DNA of 64,000 nt from an uncultured Nitrososphaeraceae archaeon (lineage in GTDB: Archaea; Thermoproteota; Nitrososphaeria; Nitrososphaerales; Nitrososphaeraceae): contig CAVZZA010000004.1 in the NCBI GenBank assembly GCA_963779615.1, positions 128,001 through 192,000 on the forward strand, in the 5' to 3' direction. Positions 62,781-64,000 of this stretch are shown one piece after another. Both the position numbers and the translations under genes were made by a program. Positions within the stretch are counted from its first letter, which is position 1. Each line of letters starts with the position of its first letter. The notes below the pieces were generated by a model. The model had not been told where the DNA came from. It saw only the letters and a program-made list of their open reading frames with translations, and ran no database searches.

Positions 62781-63323
62781 TTACTGCTTTGAATCAATCT
62801 TGGGTTTTTGTGGTTCATTTAACAAGAGAGCTGTCTTGAGGGATTTCAAATCACTTATGCCAAAATAGCTTTGAAACTTTTTTGTTGTGTTGTATATTTT
62901 TAACCTTCCAGCACTTTTTGATATGATAAAGTCCAAGAGTTCCAGTTCTTTTAAATGCGAGTAAACTTTTGAGCCCCTTATTTCAACCAACCTTTTGGAT
63001 GTTACGGGTTGTTCATAGGCGATATAGGACAAAGTCTTTAGCACTGTATTCGGCAGCTGAGGTTTTGATGCAAATTTTTTCACTATAGGCGAATAATTTG
63101 GTTTTAGCTGGAATACGTATTTGCCATCATCCAATTTCACAATTTCTATAGCCTTGAATACAACCTTTGTTTTATTAATTAATTCATTTAAAATTTTTCT
63201 TATTTTTTCCTTTGAGTCAAGTCCAGAAGCCTTTGTAATCTCGTCAATTGTTAATGGACGTCCTGCCACATATAATGCTGCCTCCACTCTGGCAATAACT
63301 TCATCTGGAGGTAACTTTATCAA
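62781..63323 (-). CDS. scpB: SMC-Scp complex subunit ScpB
   Basis: VEAALYVAGRP, LKTLSYIAYEQPVT, IRG, YNTTKKFQSYFG. Confidence 0.93.
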   Translation of the reverse strand: MIKLPPDEVIARVEAALYVAGRPLTIDEITKASGLDSKEKIRKILNELINKTKVVFKAIEIVKLDDGKYVFQLKPNYSPIVKKFASKPQLPNTVLKTLSYIAYEQPVTSKRLVEIRGSKVYSHLKELELLDFIISKSAGRLKIYNTTKKFQSYFGISDLKSLKTALLLNEPQKPKIDSKQ

Positions 63324-63334
63324 TTATGTAAAGA

Positions 63335-64000
63335 CTAGTTACTCAAAACAGTTATTTTAATTAAAGCTATATTACTATGTCTGCATTTAACGTCCTCATT
63401 ATCACCACAAGCGCCATTGCTATCAACCGAGCCCAACCCGTCCTTCTCGCTGCCATCAGTTTCTGTTGGGTTTTCATAGCAAATATCTATTTTTCCCCTC
63501 ATGGCCAAATAAAGCATTGCTATAAAGTATCGAGCTATCTCTAATTCACTCATGTTCTCAACAAAATCATTGAACACCATCTCTTTTTCATTGAAGATTT
63601 TATCAAACAGTTTGGATTCATATTCTTCTATAACTTTTTCAAATTTTATCAAATACTCCTGAAAATCAAATGTTTCAACCGGTTCTAATTCGATTAGGTT
63701 TTTTCGGATAGGGGGTTTTGACAAGTCTGTAATCATATTTTCCAGTATCAGCAACAATTCTTCCAAAGACGCAGGATAGAGAGTCTCCTTGCGATATGGC
63801 AACGACAAATTGCCAAGTTCTGGAATTGGTAGTTTCTTTTCCTCGTTTTTATTTTTTTCACCAGTGCTTTCTTTTTGGTTGGCTATTTTGTCAAGTCTAA
63901 AAATTGATTCAACTTTTAATCTGTGTATCAAAGCAGATGTGAGAATTGCAACCCCGCATACACGCAAATCTCTATTTCCAGATAATGCAAGCAATTCCAA
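63335..64000 (-). CDS. scpA: segregation and condensation protein ScpA (kleisin), 5' end outside the window
   Basis: DLRVCGVAILTSALIHRLKVE, SLEELL, ARYFIAMLYLA; directly upstream of scpB. Confidence 0.85.
   Translation of the reverse strand: MELLALSGNRDLRVCGVAILTSALIHRLKVESIFRLDKIANQKESTGEKNKNEEKKLPIPELGNLSLPYRKETLYPASLEELLLILENMITDLSKPPIRKNLIELEPVETFDFQEYLIKFEKVIEEYESKLFDKIFNEKEMVFNDFVENMSELEIARYFIAMLYLAMRGKIDICYENPTETDGSEKDGLGSVDSNGACGDNEDVKCRHSNIALIKITVLSN

Noticed and set aside
62532-62792. 86-aa ORF on +
   Set aside because: Reads through the MITE; better explained as non-coding.

Overview
AT-rich chromosomal window from an ammonia-oxidising archaeon (Nitrososphaerota/Thaumarchaeota, probably a soil Ca. 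Nitrosocosmicus-like lineage). Evidence: eukaryote-like type IB topoisomerase, class I LysRS, aIF5A, S8e, CofG/CofH, the archaeal ADH-synthase/DHQ-synthase II shikimate entry, ThiDN and ScpA/ScpB. Most of 11-42 kb and 45-64 kb is housekeeping: a shikimate-to-tyrosine cluster, purine, pyrimidine, F420, thiamine, biotin and NAD genes, tRNA synthetases and tRNA-Met. Two plastic zones stand out. At 0-11 kb there is an EboF-like phosphodiesterase and a TIM-barrel epimerase whose junction survives as a 118-bp inverted repeat, two opposed IS6 remnants, and decaying secreted-protein genes. At 42-45 kb a histidine kinase pseudogene is fused to a transposase remnant. Other notable items are a 136-bp MITE with perfect 17-bp TIRs and a 9-bp TSD, a single-base frameshift in purL, an orphan m4C-type DNA methyltransferase inside the aro cluster, EgtD next to cofGH, and a Trm112-fused methyltransferase resembling the OvoA C-terminal domain. 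All calls come from motif recognition by eye; no database searches were run.
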